A DNA stretch of 64,000 bases from Gammaproteobacteria bacterium (GCA_024709225.1 JANJXC010000033.1:1648-65647), one strand, 5' to 3'; positions 20,216 to 30,702 are shown, numbered from the stretch's first letter. Notes: generated by a model from the sequence alone, not told the origin. Made by a program: numbers and translations.

Positions 20216-23200
20216 TCAGCCCCCCGCCTCCAGCACCAGCCGCCGCCCCTCGCGCAGCAGCTGTTCTACCTCGGCGGCCGGCAGCGGCCTGCTGAACAGA
20301 TAGCCCTGCACCTGATCGCAGCCGTGGGCGCGCAGGAACTGCAACTGCGCCGCCGTCTCCACCCCCTCCGCCAGCACATGCAGGTTGAGGCTGTGGCCCA
20401 TGGCGATGATGGTGCCGGCGATGGCGGCATCGTCGGCATCGGTGGTCACATCGCGCACGAATGATTGGTCGATCTTCAGGGTGTCGATGGGGAAACGCTT
20501 GAGATAGCTGAGCGAGGAATAGCCGGTGCCGAAGTCATCCACCGACAGGGAAATGCCCAGTTCCTTGAGCTGGCGCAGCATGGCCGCGCCAGCCTCGGCA
20601 TTGCCCATCAGGCTGCTCTCGGTGATCTCCAGCTCCAACCAGGCCGGATCGGCGCCGCTTTCATCCAGCGCACTGCGCACGGTCTGCAGCAGGTCACTCT
20701 GGCTGAACTGGCGCGGCGACAGGTTGACGGCAACCCGCAGCCGGGAGTGACCAGCACGATGCCAGGTGGCAATCTGCTGGCAGGCGGCATGCAGCACCCA
20801 CTCACCCACCTGCACGATCATGCCGGTCTCTTCCAGCACCGGGACGAACTGCGATGGCAACACCATGCCGATATCCGGGTGGTGCCAGCGCAGCAGCACC
20901 TCCACGCCGATGATGCGGCCGTCGTTCAAGGCGTTCTGCGGCTGGAAATACAGTTCGAACTCCTCACGCTCGAGGGCGCGGCGCAGGCTGTTTTCCATCA
21001 CCAGCCGCTCGAAGGCCGAGGCATTCATCTCGCTGCGATAGAACTGGTAGTTGTTACGCCCGGCCTCCTTGGCATGATACATGGCGGTATCGGCGTACTT
21101 GATCATGTCCTCCAGCGACTCGGCATCCTGCGGATAGACGCTGATGCCGGCACTGGTGGTGACAAAGACCTCATGCCCCAGCAACTGGAACGGTGCCGTC
21201 AATGTGGCCAGCACCTGCTGCGCAAGGTGGGCAATCCCGGTTGCGTGAGTCAGGTCGGTGAGCATGATGACAAATTCGTCGCCGCCGAGGCGTGCCACCG
21301 TATCGCATTCACGGACGCTGTCCTGCAGGCGCCGCGCCGCCTCCTTGAGCAGCTCGTCGCCGATGAAGTGTCCCAGGGTATCGTTGATATTCTTGAAGCG
21401 ATCGAGGTCGATATACAGCAGCGCCACCAAGCGCTGGCTGCGTCTGGCCTCGGCCATGGCCTGCAGCAGGCGGCCGTGGAACATGGTGCGGTTGGGCAGT
21501 TCGGTGAGCGGGTCGTAATAGGCCAGATGATGGATGCGCTGCTCCGCCTCCTTCTTCTCGCTGATGTCGCTGAAGATGGCCACGTAGTGGCTGGCCTGGC
21601 CGCTGGCATCGGGCAGCAGGTTGATGGACAGCCACTCCGGATACACCTCGCCATTCTTGCGCCGGTTCCAGATCTCCCCCTGCCACTTGCCCTCGGCGCG
21701 CAGCCGCGCCCACATGGCCTGGTAGAAATCCTCGCCGTGGCGGCCGGACTTGAGCACGGCCGGGGTCTGGCCGAGGATCTCCTCCTCCGCGTAGCCAGTG
21801 ATGGCGCTGAACGCGTGATTGACGCGCAGGATGCGGCCGGAGGCGTCGGTGACCACGATGCCTTCCACGCTGTTGTCGAACACCTTGGCGGCGAGACGCA
21901 TGTTCTCCTCCGCCGCGCGGCGTTCGGTGAGATCGCGCAACACGGCGATGAACAGCGGCTGTTCATGCCGGGTGGCCTCGGACAGCGCGATCTCCAGCGG
22001 AAAGGTACTGCCATCCCGGCGCACACCGATCATTTCCCGCGTGCGGCCCAGTGCCTGGCTGCCGTCACGGGTGATGAGGTAACGCCGCACGAAGGCCTCA
22101 TGCTGACTGCGGTAGGGTTCCGGCATCAGCAGGGTCACGCTGCGCCCCATGACGTCGGCGGCGGCATAGCCGAAGATCTGCTCTGCCGCCTGGTTGAAGC
22201 CGGTGATCAGGCCATTGCCGTCGATGGTGACGATGCCGTCGAGGATGTTCTGCAGCACCGCCTGGTTGCGGGTGCTGCTCTCGCGCAGCGCCGCCTCGTT
22301 GCGGCGCCGCTCGGTGACATCACGGAAGAACACCCACAGCCCCTCCGCCGATGGATACAGATGGGTCTCGAAGAATTTCTGCAGGGGCGGGTAATAGCCC
22401 TCGAACTGTTCGCGCTGCTGCTGGCGCAGCGCCTGCGCAAAGCGCTTGTAGAAGCTGCTGGCCAGTTCCGGTGCCACATCCCACAGCTCCTGCCCCAGCG
22501 CCTGCTGCCGCGGTACCTCCAGCAGGCGCTCCGCCTCGGCATTGAAATAGGTCACCTGCCAGTCGCGATCCACGGCCAGATAGGCATCGGTGGTGCTCTC
22601 CAGCAGGGAGATGATCTGGCGGCTCTTCTCCTGCACGGCGGCCTCGGCGCGGCGTCGCTCGGTGGCGTCGCGCCCGACGACCACCAGACCCTTGCGGCTG
22701 CCATCGGCGTTGTACAGCGGCACCTTGGTGATCTCGAACAGCAGGCTGGGGCCGTCGGGACGCGGGATCACCTCCTCCACCCACAGCGGCTGCCCCGACG
22801 CCCACACGGCATCGTCACTGCCGGCACAGGCCGCCAGCGCATCACGGTAGAACGGGCTGCGCTGGGCCAGTTCATGATCGGTGCGGCCGCGATACTCCAC
22901 AGCCTCCAGCCCGAAGGTACGCAGCCCGACGCGGTTGGCCACCAGCCAGCGGCCGTCGCCGTCCTTGAAGCAGACGAAATCGGGCATGGCATCGAGCAGG
23001 GTCTCCAGCCAGTACTGCTGGTTGCGCAGGGCCTCGGTGGCGCGGCGTCCCTCGGTGATGTCCTGCACCGTGCCCACCATGCGCAGCGGCGTACCATCGG
23101 CGGCACGAAACACCTCGCCGCGCTGGCGCACCCAGCGCTCCTCGCCATCGCGGCGCACGATGCGGTGCACGATGTTGAAGGGGCGCTGGCGGGTCAGCGC

Positions 23201-24076
23201 CTGCTCTACCGCCGCACGTACCTCGGCGCGATCCGCCTCATGCACGAAGTTGAGGAAATCCTCGAAGCTGGCCGCCGTGACCTGGGGCGATAGGCCGAAC
23301 ACGCGATAGATTTCGTCCGACCAGTGGACGCGGTCGTTGGCGTAATGCCATTCCCAATGACCGAGGGAGGCGATGCGCTGGGCCTCGGCCAGGCGCATCT
23401 CGCTCAGGCGCAGGGCGCGTTCGCGTTCCATGTCGAGATAGTGCGCCTGGTGCAGGCTGTGCGACATGGCGTTGAAGGCGGCCACCGCCTGCGCCAGGGC
23501 ATCGTTGCCCTCCACCGGCAGCTGATGACCGTATTCGCCACCGGCGATGCGCCGGGCACCATCCTTGAGGCGGCGCAGATCGCGAAACAGCAATCCGGTC
23601 AGGCCAAAGATGGAGGCGAGTCCGAATCCGATGAGCAGCAACGTGCCACCCAGTAAATCGTCCCCCCAGCGTTGCGCATGGCGGCTGTAGTTCGGCACCA
23701 GGCCGACCTCCACCCGCCCCCAGGCCTGGTCGCCATCGGCAATGAGCGCATCGGCTGTCAGCAATTGCCCCGCGACCGGATGGCCCGCCTCGACCATCAG
23801 GCCGTCGCGGCCATAGACCCGGACAAAGCCCAGCCAACGCCCGTCCGCCAGGCGATGTGCCAACCGCTCCACCGTGGCAACGTCACCACTCGCCACACTC
23901 GACCGCAGTGCCGCCGCCAGCATGTCGACAGCTACCGTAACGTGGACCTGCTCCTGCTGCTGCAGCTCTGCGCGCTGCAACGCCTGTTCACGCCACAGCA
24001 GCAGCGCGCAGCCCAGCACCACCGCCACCAGGATGCTGAGGGTAATCTTGTTGCGAAGCAGAAAGGAGGTACGCAT
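20216..24076 (-). CDS. membrane sensor, HAMP + multiple PAS + GGDEF + EAL (c-di-GMP cyclase/phosphodiesterase)
   Basis: 1286 aa. TM N-terminus, several PAS/PAC blocks, RLGGDEFVIML, and an EAL domain ending ...QGYLFSRPLPAAEVEQLL. Confidence 0.9.
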   Translation of the reverse strand: MRTSFLLRNKITLSILVAVVLGCALLLWREQALQRAELQQQEQVHVTVAVDMLAAALRSSVASGDVATVERLAHRLADGRWLGFVRVYGRDGLMVEAGHPVAGQLLTADALIADGDQAWGRVEVGLVPNYSRHAQRWGDDLLGGTLLLIGFGLASIFGLTGLLFRDLRRLKDGARRIAGGEYGHQLPVEGNDALAQAVAAFNAMSHSLHQAHYLDMERERALRLSEMRLAEAQRIASLGHWEWHYANDRVHWSDEIYRVFGLSPQVTAASFEDFLNFVHEADRAEVRAAVEQALTRQRPFNIVHRIVRRDGEERWVRQRGEVFRAADGTPLRMVGTVQDITEGRRATEALRNQQYWLETLLDAMPDFVCFKDGDGRWLVANRVGLRTFGLEAVEYRGRTDHELAQRSPFYRDALAACAGSDDAVWASGQPLWVEEVIPRPDGPSLLFEITKVPLYNADGSRKGLVVVGRDATERRRAEAAVQEKSRQIISLLESTTDAYLAVDRDWQVTYFNAEAERLLEVPRQQALGQELWDVAPELASSFYKRFAQALRQQQREQFEGYYPPLQKFFETHLYPSAEGLWVFFRDVTERRRNEAALRESSTRNQAVLQNILDGIVTIDGNGLITGFNQAAEQIFGYAAADVMGRSVTLLMPEPYRSQHEAFVRRYLITRDGSQALGRTREMIGVRRDGSTFPLEIALSEATRHEQPLFIAVLRDLTERRAAEENMRLAAKVFDNSVEGIVVTDASGRILRVNHAFSAITGYAEEEILGQTPAVLKSGRHGEDFYQAMWARLRAEGKWQGEIWNRRKNGEVYPEWLSINLLPDASGQASHYVAIFSDISEKKEAEQRIHHLAYYDPLTELPNRTMFHGRLLQAMAEARRSQRLVALLYIDLDRFKNINDTLGHFIGDELLKEAARRLQDSVRECDTVARLGGDEFVIMLTDLTHATGIAHLAQQVLATLTAPFQLLGHEVFVTTSAGISVYPQDAESLEDMIKYADTAMYHAKEAGRNNYQFYRSEMNASAFERLVMENSLRRALEREEFELYFQPQNALNDGRIIGVEVLLRWHHPDIGMVLPSQFVPVLEETGMIVQVGEWVLHAACQQIATWHRAGHSRLRVAVNLSPRQFSQSDLLQTVRSALDESGADPAWLELEITESSLMGNAEAGAAMLRQLKELGISLSVDDFGTGYSSLSYLKRFPIDTLKIDQSFVRDVTTDADDAAIAGTIIAMGHSLNLHVLAEGVETAAQLQFLRAHGCDQVQGYLFSRPLPAAEVEQLLREGRRLVLEAGG

Positions 24077-24296
24077 CGATATCCGGATGGCGTCGTCAGG
24101 TCAAGTGGCAGTATGCCAAAGGCCCAACTGGCCGTGCAGATTAACACAAACAGCAGCTGGCACGGCCCGCCGGCCACGCCGGGCAGGGGCGCGATTTCAT
24201 CTGGGCTTCACCAAATATTCACATGATTTTGACCGCCACTTCACCCCGCCCCCACTAGGCTGCCGGGCACATTCCCCAAGCTCCGTGGAGTCTGCC

Positions 24297-24482
24297 GTGG
24301 CCGTTTCCCGTTCTGCCGCCCCCCTGTTCCGCCGCATCAATTCGCTGCCGGCCCTGCTGCTGGCGGTAGTCGCCGTACTGCTGCCCTTCGTCCCCCTGCT
24401 GTCCCATCGCCTGGACATGCTGACCCTGATCGCACTGCCGCTGTCGCTCATCGCCGCACGTATGGAGCGTGGCATGACCTGA
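24297..24482 (+). CDS. small hypothetical membrane protein (61 aa)
   Basis: GGAG lies 6 nt upstream of GTG 24297. Two hydrophobic segments (LPALLLAVVAVLLPFVPLL and LTLIALPLSLIAA). This is the in-frame tail of a longer, implausible track ORF. Confidence 0.25.
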   Translation: MAVSRSAAPLFRRINSLPALLLAVVAVLLPFVPLLSHRLDMLTLIALPLSLIAARMERGMT

Positions 24483-24581
24483 CTCCGCAGCATCGCCGCC
24501 TGCCTTATGGTAGTGCATACAACCATTGATCAGTCCTTATTGCTCCAACCTCCCCAGGCGTAAGGCGTAAAAGGAGTCACC

Positions 24582-26015
24582 ATGCGTGCGTTGTTGCCGT
24601 TGTCCGGTCTGCTGTCTTCCCTGCTGTTCTCCCCCGCCGTCCTGGCCAGTGAGGGGGGAGCCTCCCTGGATCTGACCACCACCTGGTTCGGCATCGCCGC
24701 CGTCGTGGTCTTCGTGCTGGCCTATGCCCTGGTGGTGACGGAAGAATTCCTCCACCTGCGCAAGTCCAAGCCGGTCCTCGTCGCCGCCGGCATCATCTGG
24801 ATCCTGGTGGGCGCCGCCTACGCCCTGCACGGCGATACCCACACCGCCGGCGCCGCCATCCGCCACAACCTGATGGAATACGCCGAACTGATGCTGTTCC
24901 TGCTGGCGGCGATGACCTACATCAACACCATGGAAGAGCGCCAGCTGTTCAGCGCCCTGCGTGCCTGGCTGGTGTCGCGCGGCTTCTCCCTGCGCACGGT
25001 GTTCTGGATCACCGGCGTATTGGCCTTCTTCATCTCCCCCATCGCCGACAACCTGACCACCGCCCTGCTGATGGCCGCGGTGGTCATGGCCGTGGGCGCC
25101 GGCAACACCCAGTTCATCGTGCTGTCGTGCATCAGCATCGTGGTGGCGGCCAATGCCGGCGGCGCCTTCAGCCCCTTCGGCGACATCACCACGCTGATGG
25201 TGTGGCAGAAGGGCATCCTCCAGTTTCAGGAATTCTTCGCCCTGTTCATCCCATCCCTGGCCAACTGGCTGATCCCGGCGGCGCTGATGTCCTTCGTCGT
25301 GCCGCAGGGCCGGCCGCAGGCGGTAACGGAAAAGATCGAGGTGAAGTACGGCGGCTATGTGGTGGTGATGCTGTTCATCGCCACCATCGCGCTGGCCGTG
25401 TCCATGCACAGCTTCCTGCACCTGCCGCCGGTGCTGGGCATGATGACCGGCCTCGGCGTGCTCAAGCTGTACGGCTACCTGCTGCGCCGTCACGAACTCA
25501 AGCACGAGAGCATCCGTGGTCCCGAGGCCCTGGACCTGGGCGAGCTGGCGCCCTACGTCAAGGCGAAGCACAAGCCGTTCGATATCTTCATCAGCATGAA
25601 ACGCGCCGAGTGGGACACCCTGATGTTCTTCTATGGCGTGGTGCTGTGCGTCGGCGGCCTCGGCACCATGGGCTATCTGGCCCATGCCTCGGAGTGGCTG
25701 TATCAGGGCATCGGCGCCACCTGGGCCAACATCGCCATCGGCCTTTTGTCGGCGGTGGTGGACAACATCCCGGTGATGTTCGCCGTGCTGACCATGTACC
25801 CGGAGATGTCCCACGGCCAGTGGCTGCTGGTGACGCTAACTGCCGGTGTCGGCGGCTCGCTGCTGTCCATCGGCTCGGCGGCCGGCGTCGGCCTGATGGG
25901 CCAGGCGCGCGGCATCTACACCTTCTTCGCCCACCTCAAGTGGACCTGGGCCATCGCCCTCGGCTACGCCGGCAGCATCTGGCTGCACTTCCTCATCAAC
26001 CGCAGCGTGATGTAG
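24582..26015 (+). CDS. nhaD: Na+/H+ antiporter NhaD family
   Basis: AAGGAG lies upstream of ATG 24582. Signal-like N-terminus, LRKSKPVLVAAGIIWILVG and a polytopic sequence typical of NhaD. Confidence 0.85.
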   Translation: MRALLPLSGLLSSLLFSPAVLASEGGASLDLTTTWFGIAAVVVFVLAYALVVTEEFLHLRKSKPVLVAAGIIWILVGAAYALHGDTHTAGAAIRHNLMEYAELMLFLLAAMTYINTMEERQLFSALRAWLVSRGFSLRTVFWITGVLAFFISPIADNLTTALLMAAVVMAVGAGNTQFIVLSCISIVVAANAGGAFSPFGDITTLMVWQKGILQFQEFFALFIPSLANWLIPAALMSFVVPQGRPQAVTEKIEVKYGGYVVVMLFIATIALAVSMHSFLHLPPVLGMMTGLGVLKLYGYLLRRHELKHESIRGPEALDLGELAPYVKAKHKPFDIFISMKRAEWDTLMFFYGVVLCVGGLGTMGYLAHASEWLYQGIGATWANIAIGLLSAVVDNIPVMFAVLTMYPEMSHGQWLLVTLTAGVGGSLLSIGSAAGVGLMGQARGIYTFFAHLKWTWAIALGYAGSIWLHFLINRSVM

Positions 26016-26019
26016 CAGC

Positions 26020-26053
26020 AAAAAAATAGCCTCCCCGGTTGGCCGGGGAGGCT
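26020..26053 (-). terminator. rho-independent terminator of the SulP-USP operon (hairpin also follows nhaD)
   Basis: 11-bp stem AGCCTCCCCGG (26028-26038) / CCGGGGAGGCT (26043-26053), followed on the minus strand by ATTTTTTTG. Confidence 0.7.
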
Positions 26054-26085
26054 GCTGTAAAGGCCACAACAGCAGAGCGAAACAG

Positions 26086-26580
26086 TCAGGGCTGCGGCGC
26101 CCTCGCACCGGACCACCAGCGCGCCAGACGCACGCTCCAGTGATCGTCGTCCCCCGCATGCAGCACATCGCAACCCGCCTCCTGCAGGCGGGCATCGGCG
26201 GCCAGCGTGGCGAGTTTGCTGATGGCGCCCCACTTGAGCGGCCCGGTCACTACATAGCGTGCGCGGCGCTGCTGCACCAGATCCGCCAGTCCCTCGCGCA
26301 GCGCACCGGCGAGTACCTCGCACTCCGCCTGCGGCAGCTTCATCTTTTGCAACAGCCGCTGCAGGCGCTCATGCGCCGTCTGTGCCATCGCTCCACGCAA
26401 CTGCGCCGGACTCAGAAACGGCACATGATCGCTTTCGAATCCGGTTTCGTGCTCGACCACATGCACCACCACCAGCGCCAAGTCCGCAGACTGCGCCAGA
26501 CGCGCGGCACGCCGGATCACCCCGGCGGCGCGCCGATCGAGATCCACGGCCGCCAGCAGGCAGGGGCGCACGGTGTTCAT
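26086..26580 (-). CDS. universal stress protein family
   Basis: MNTVRPCLLAAVDLDRRAAGVIRRAARLAQSADLALVVVHVVEH... Its ATG overlaps the SulP stop (ATGA). The track ORF start at 27000 lies inside the SulP gene. Confidence 0.75.
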   Translation of the reverse strand: MNTVRPCLLAAVDLDRRAAGVIRRAARLAQSADLALVVVHVVEHETGFESDHVPFLSPAQLRGAMAQTAHERLQRLLQKMKLPQAECEVLAGALREGLADLVQQRRARYVVTGPLKWGAISKLATLAADARLQEAGCDVLHAGDDDHWSVRLARWWSGARAPQP

Positions 26581-28451
26581 GCCTGTGCCTGCTGCGCCGC
26601 GCCCGGCCGCTGCGCGCATTCGTGGAAGATGCGCGTGGTGCAACCGCGGCAGACATCGGCGTCCAGGGTCGGGATTACGGTGGACAGCGCCACGGTCTTG
26701 CCGCTGAAGATGCGGTCGCGGCCGATGTCGTCGATGTAGCCGCCCCGCTCCAGCATCTCCAGCACCGACGGCTTGACGCGGATCAGATACAAGCCGCCGC
26801 CGGCGGCACGGCGACGCTTGGCCTCCTGGGCCAGGAACTCCGCGCCGGCCACGTCGATGAAATTGATGCCGGTGGCGGAGATCACCAGATGCTTCTGCAA
26901 CGGGTGTCCCTCGGTGAGACGGCGCATGGACTCGGCGACGTGATTCACCGCGCCGAAGAACAGCGAGCCGTCGAGGCGCGCCAACTTCACTTGCGGGCAC
27001 TCCGGCAGCGCACCGTCAGTGACGAACTCGCGGCGCGGCGTGGCCGGGTTCGGCACGCGCGGCAACAGCTTGGGCCGCGAGGTGCGATTGATGTACAGCA
27101 CCAGCGACAGCAGCACGCCGGCGAGGATGGCGAATTCCAGTTCCAGGAACAGGGTGGCGAAGAAGGTCACCGCCAGGATCACGGTCTCCTCGCGGCTGGC
27201 GTGGAAGATTTTGTGGATGTGGTGGAAGTCGATCAGGCCCCAGGCCACCAGGAACAGGATCGCCGCCATGGCCGCGTTGGGCAGATAGGCGGCGAGCGGC
27301 GCCACCAGCAGGATCACGCCGGCCAGCAGCACGCCGGCAAATACGGCCGACAGCGGCGTGCGTGCACCGGCCTGGAAGTTGAGGCCGCTGCGGTTGAACG
27401 AGCCGGTGGCGACGTAGCCGGAGAAGAAACTGCCGGCCATGTTGGACAGGCCCTGGCCGATGAATTCCTGGTTGCCGTCGATGTGCTGGTTGGCGCGCGC
27501 GCCGAGAGAGCGGGCGATGGACACCGCCTCGGTGAGCGCGAACAGCGTGGTGGCCAGCGCCGCCGGCGCCAGTTGCTTGATGGTATCCAGACTGAAGTCC
27601 GGCACCGACAGCGGCGGCAGACCGTCGGGCAGCGCGCCCACGGTGCGGATGCCGGTGACCTCCTGCCCCAGCCACTGGTTAAGGATCACCGCGGCCAGGC
27701 TGCCGGTCACCATCGCGGTGATCATGTAGGGGATGCGCGGCAGCCAGCGCTTGCAGGCCAGACCCGACAGCAGGGTGAGCACCGCCACGCCGGTGACGTA
27801 GAGATTGATTTCATCCAACTGCCGGAACAGGTGCAGCAGCGTCTCGTGGAAGTGCAGGCCGCGCGGCATCTCCAGGCCGAAGAAGTGCTTGATCTGGTTG
27901 CCGGCGATGAGCAGGGCGGCGCCGGCGGTGAAGCCGATCACCACCGAGTGGGAGATGAAGTTCACCAGCGTGCCGAGCCGCGCCAGGCCCATCACCAGTT
28001 CCAGCACGCCGACCATGAAGGTCAGGGTGAGCGCCAGGCGCACGTAATCGACGCTGCCCGGTTCGGCGAAGGCCGACAGGCTCGAGAACACCACGATGGA
28101 GGCGGCCGTCGTCGGGCCGGAGACCAGATGCCAGGACGAACCCCACAGGGCGGCGATGATGGCCGGCACGATGCCGGCATACAGCCCGTATTCCGGCGGC
28201 ATGCCGGCGATGGTGGCGAAGGCCACGCCCTGCGGCAGCACCACCACCGCACCGGTGAGACCGGCCATGAAATCGGCGCGCAGCGTGCCGCGGTTGACCA
28301 TCGGCCACCAGCGCGTGAACGGCAGCAGACGGGCCAGCCACAGGGGACAGGACAGGGCGGCGCCCGCGCTACGGGACGCAGTGAGAGTCTTTGCGGACAT
28401 ACGGTTCCTCGACTTTGGCGCGGCTGCCGCGCCGGCGGTGGGGCAAATCAC
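26577..28451 (-). CDS. SulP-family sulfate/anion permease with C-terminal STAS domain
   Basis: 624 aa with LRADFMAGLTGAVVVLPQGVAFATIAGMPPEYGLYAGIVPAIIAALWGSS, NQEFIGQGLSNMAGSFFSGY, and a STAS region. Confidence 0.92.
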   Translation of the reverse strand: MICPTAGAAAAPKSRNRMSAKTLTASRSAGAALSCPLWLARLLPFTRWWPMVNRGTLRADFMAGLTGAVVVLPQGVAFATIAGMPPEYGLYAGIVPAIIAALWGSSWHLVSGPTTAASIVVFSSLSAFAEPGSVDYVRLALTLTFMVGVLELVMGLARLGTLVNFISHSVVIGFTAGAALLIAGNQIKHFFGLEMPRGLHFHETLLHLFRQLDEINLYVTGVAVLTLLSGLACKRWLPRIPYMITAMVTGSLAAVILNQWLGQEVTGIRTVGALPDGLPPLSVPDFSLDTIKQLAPAALATTLFALTEAVSIARSLGARANQHIDGNQEFIGQGLSNMAGSFFSGYVATGSFNRSGLNFQAGARTPLSAVFAGVLLAGVILLVAPLAAYLPNAAMAAILFLVAWGLIDFHHIHKIFHASREETVILAVTFFATLFLELEFAILAGVLLSLVLYINRTSRPKLLPRVPNPATPRREFVTDGALPECPQVKLARLDGSLFFGAVNHVAESMRRLTEGHPLQKHLVISATGINFIDVAGAEFLAQEAKRRRAAGGGLYLIRVKPSVLEMLERGGYIDDIGRDRIFSGKTVALSTVIPTLDADVCRGCTTRIFHECAQRPGAAQQAQA

Positions 28452-28545
28452 CCCAAGGCTACGGCGCGTGCAGTCAAGCCGCAGTCAAGGAAACGTCAAG
28501 GAATGGTAAAGGCGGAGATGTGCGTCGAATCACTGACGGCCACGC

Positions 28546-28643
28546 GTGGGGCGGACTTCAGGCCGACTGCATGTGGCCCAGCGTGGCATCACTGTCGGGC
28601 TGAAGCCCGAACCACCGGTGACTGTTCAGAACACTTGTTCAGC
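28546..28643. repeat. nested-palindrome intergenic element, copy C (diverged)
   Basis: GTGGGGCGGACTTCAGGCCGAC (28546-28567) and GTCGGGCTGAAGCCCGAACC (28594-28613) match the core of copy A. Tail GAACACTTGTTCAGC (28629-28643) is identical to copy B. Confidence 0.5.
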
Positions 28644-29910
28644 TGCGGAACACGAGGCGGAAGGTGGCGCCCTGCCCCGCCGCGCTGCTGACGGAGACGC
28701 GCCAGCCCTGGCGGTCGGCGATGCGCTTCACCAGCGGCAGGCCAATGCCGGCGCCGCGGGTGGCGCGGCGCGAACGGGCGGTGTGTTCGAACAGGCAGCA
28801 CAGGTCTTCGGGAGGCACGCCCGGCCCGGTGTCGGCCACCGTGATATCGGTGCCGCTCAGCGTGATCGCCACCTGCCCCTGCTCGGTATAGGCGAAGGCG
28901 TTGCGCACCAGATTGCCGAGGGCGATGGCGAGCAGCGGCCGCTCCACGGCCACCTCCGGCCGCGCCCCGATGTGCAGTTGCAACTGCACCGGCTTGTGCT
29001 GCAACAGATACTGGTGCTGCTCGATCACCTCACGCAGCACCTCGTCCACCGGACAGGGGGTGTAAGCCGGCGCCGGGCCGGGGCGCTCGCGCGCCAGCAT
29101 CAGCAGGGTGGTAGTGAGGTCGGTCATGCCGCGCACCGCGCGCGCCATGCGCTCGACGCGGGGACGCACCTTCGGGTCGAGCTGGGGGTCGGCCTGCAAT
29201 ACCTCCACCGCGCCCTGGATCACCGCCAGCGGGGTGCGCAGCTCGTGGCTGGCGTCGGCGGCAAAGGCACGTTCGCGCTCGACGAAGGCGAGCATGCGCG
29301 CCAGATAGCGCTCGAAGGCATGGGCCAGTTCGCCCACCTCGTCGTGCGGCAGGCCTTCGGCGAACGGGCTCACCAGATCGGCGGCATCACGCTCGCGCAC
29401 ACGCCGCGCCAGCTCGCCCACCGGGGCAATCACGCGGCCGGCCAGCCACCAACCGCCCGCCGCCGACAGCAGCGCGGTGGCGACGATGCCGAACAACACC
29501 ACGGCCGTGAGGCGGCGTTCACGGTATTCCACCTGGGCGCGACTGTGCAGCATGTACAGTGTCCAGTCGTCGCTTGCACTGACCGCCACACGGTAGCTGA
29601 TGTCATCCACGTCGAGGGTATGGTAGCCACGCTCCAGGGCATGCAATGCGGCCGGCAGTTCCAGCGGCGCGACGCCGCGCGGCAGCAGATAGCCGCGCAC
29701 CGTCGCAGTGAGCGGCGGCAGCGATTGCGGATTGCGCGCCAGGCGCGCCTTGTAGTCTTCCAGTTCGGCGGCCAGCGCCTCATCGATGAGGCGTTCTTCC
29801 AGGTCGCGCGAGGTGAAGTAGATCCAGCCGCCCAGGGCCAGGCTGACGGCCACGCACAGCAGGGCAAAGCCCGTCGCCACGCGCAGGCGCAGGCTGGGGC
29901 TAAACCTCAT
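28639..29910 (-). CDS. two-component sensor histidine kinase (TM-HAMP-HisKA-HATPase)
   Basis: H-box SHELRTPLAVIQGA. N/G boxes LGNLVRNAFAY, DTGPGVP and GAGIGLPLV. Confidence 0.9.
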   Translation of the reverse strand: MRFSPSLRLRVATGFALLCVAVSLALGGWIYFTSRDLEERLIDEALAAELEDYKARLARNPQSLPPLTATVRGYLLPRGVAPLELPAALHALERGYHTLDVDDISYRVAVSASDDWTLYMLHSRAQVEYRERRLTAVVLFGIVATALLSAAGGWWLAGRVIAPVGELARRVRERDAADLVSPFAEGLPHDEVGELAHAFERYLARMLAFVERERAFAADASHELRTPLAVIQGAVEVLQADPQLDPKVRPRVERMARAVRGMTDLTTTLLMLARERPGPAPAYTPCPVDEVLREVIEQHQYLLQHKPVQLQLHIGARPEVAVERPLLAIALGNLVRNAFAYTEQGQVAITLSGTDITVADTGPGVPPEDLCCLFEHTARSRRATRGAGIGLPLVKRIADRQGWRVSVSSAAGQGATFRLVFRS

Positions 29911-30586
29911 CGGACTCGCTCAGGCGATAACCGAAGCCGCGCACGGTGTGCAGCAGCGGCGTCGCGAAGGGCTTGTCGATGGCGCTGCGCAGGCTGTGCA
30001 GATGGGCGCGCAGCGCATCGCTGTCCGGGGGGTGGTCGCCCCAGATGGCGCGTTCCAGTTCGGCACGGCGCACTACCTGCGGCGCGCGTTGCAGCAGCAG
30101 TTCGAGCAACTTGAGCGGGATCGGCGACAGCTCGATGGTCTGGCCGCCGCGCGTCACGCGCCAGGTGCCGGTATCGAGCACCAGATCGGCCACACGCAGT
30201 TGATGGGCGCCGCTTTCGCTCTCCGGCCGCTGGCGCCGGCTCAGCGCCAGCAGGCGTGCCTCCAGTTCCAGCAGGGCAAAGGGCTTGATCAGATAGTCGT
30301 CGGCGCCGCTGGCAAAGCCGTCCAGCTTGTCCTCCAGGCTGTCACGCGCCGTGAGCATCAGCACCGGCGTGGTGATGCCGGCGTGACGCAGCTTGGCACA
30401 CACCTCAAGACCGTCGATGCCGGGCAGCATCAGGTCGAGCACGATGGCGTCGTAGCTATTTTCCAACGCAAAGCCGAGCCCGGCGTAGCCGTTATAGGCC
30501 ACGTCGACGCTGTGACCGCGCCCGCCGAGATAGTCGATCAGATTGGCGTTGAGGTCCGGATTGTCCTCGATGACGAGGATATGCAT
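29900..30586 (-). CDS. OmpR/PhoB-family response regulator
   Basis: MHILVIEDNPDL...DAIVLDLMLPGIDG...LTARD..., a winged-helix C-terminus TVRGFGYRL, and an 11-nt overlap with the kinase gene. Confidence 0.92.
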   Translation of the reverse strand: MHILVIEDNPDLNANLIDYLGGRGHSVDVAYNGYAGLGFALENSYDAIVLDLMLPGIDGLEVCAKLRHAGITTPVLMLTARDSLEDKLDGFASGADDYLIKPFALLELEARLLALSRRQRPESESGAHQLRVADLVLDTGTWRVTRGGQTIELSPIPLKLLELLLQRAPQVVRRAELERAIWGDHPPDSDALRAHLHSLRSAIDKPFATPLLHTVRGFGYRLSESDEV

Positions 30587-30702
30587 GGGCCCACCTGCGC
30601 AAAGAAAAGGGCCATTGTACGCGCAGCGGGACTATCAGGCACCTGGCGTCAGGACAGGCGGGAGACAACGCGGGGGGATGACGTTGGCGGGCACAACGGC
30701 GG

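Noticed and set aside
20465-23293. 942-aa plus-strand ORF
   Set aside because: It is antisense to the PAS-GGDEF-EAL gene and has a low-complexity Ala/Gly/His/Gln composition.
24537-25814. 425-aa minus-strand ORF, plus 25127..26029 (+)
   Set aside because: These are antisense to or out of frame with nhaD, which has an RBS, a signal-like N-terminus and family motifs.
26259-28691. 810-aa plus-strand ORF
   Set aside because: It is antisense to the intact SulP permease and USP genes, with an Arg/Gly/His-rich composition.
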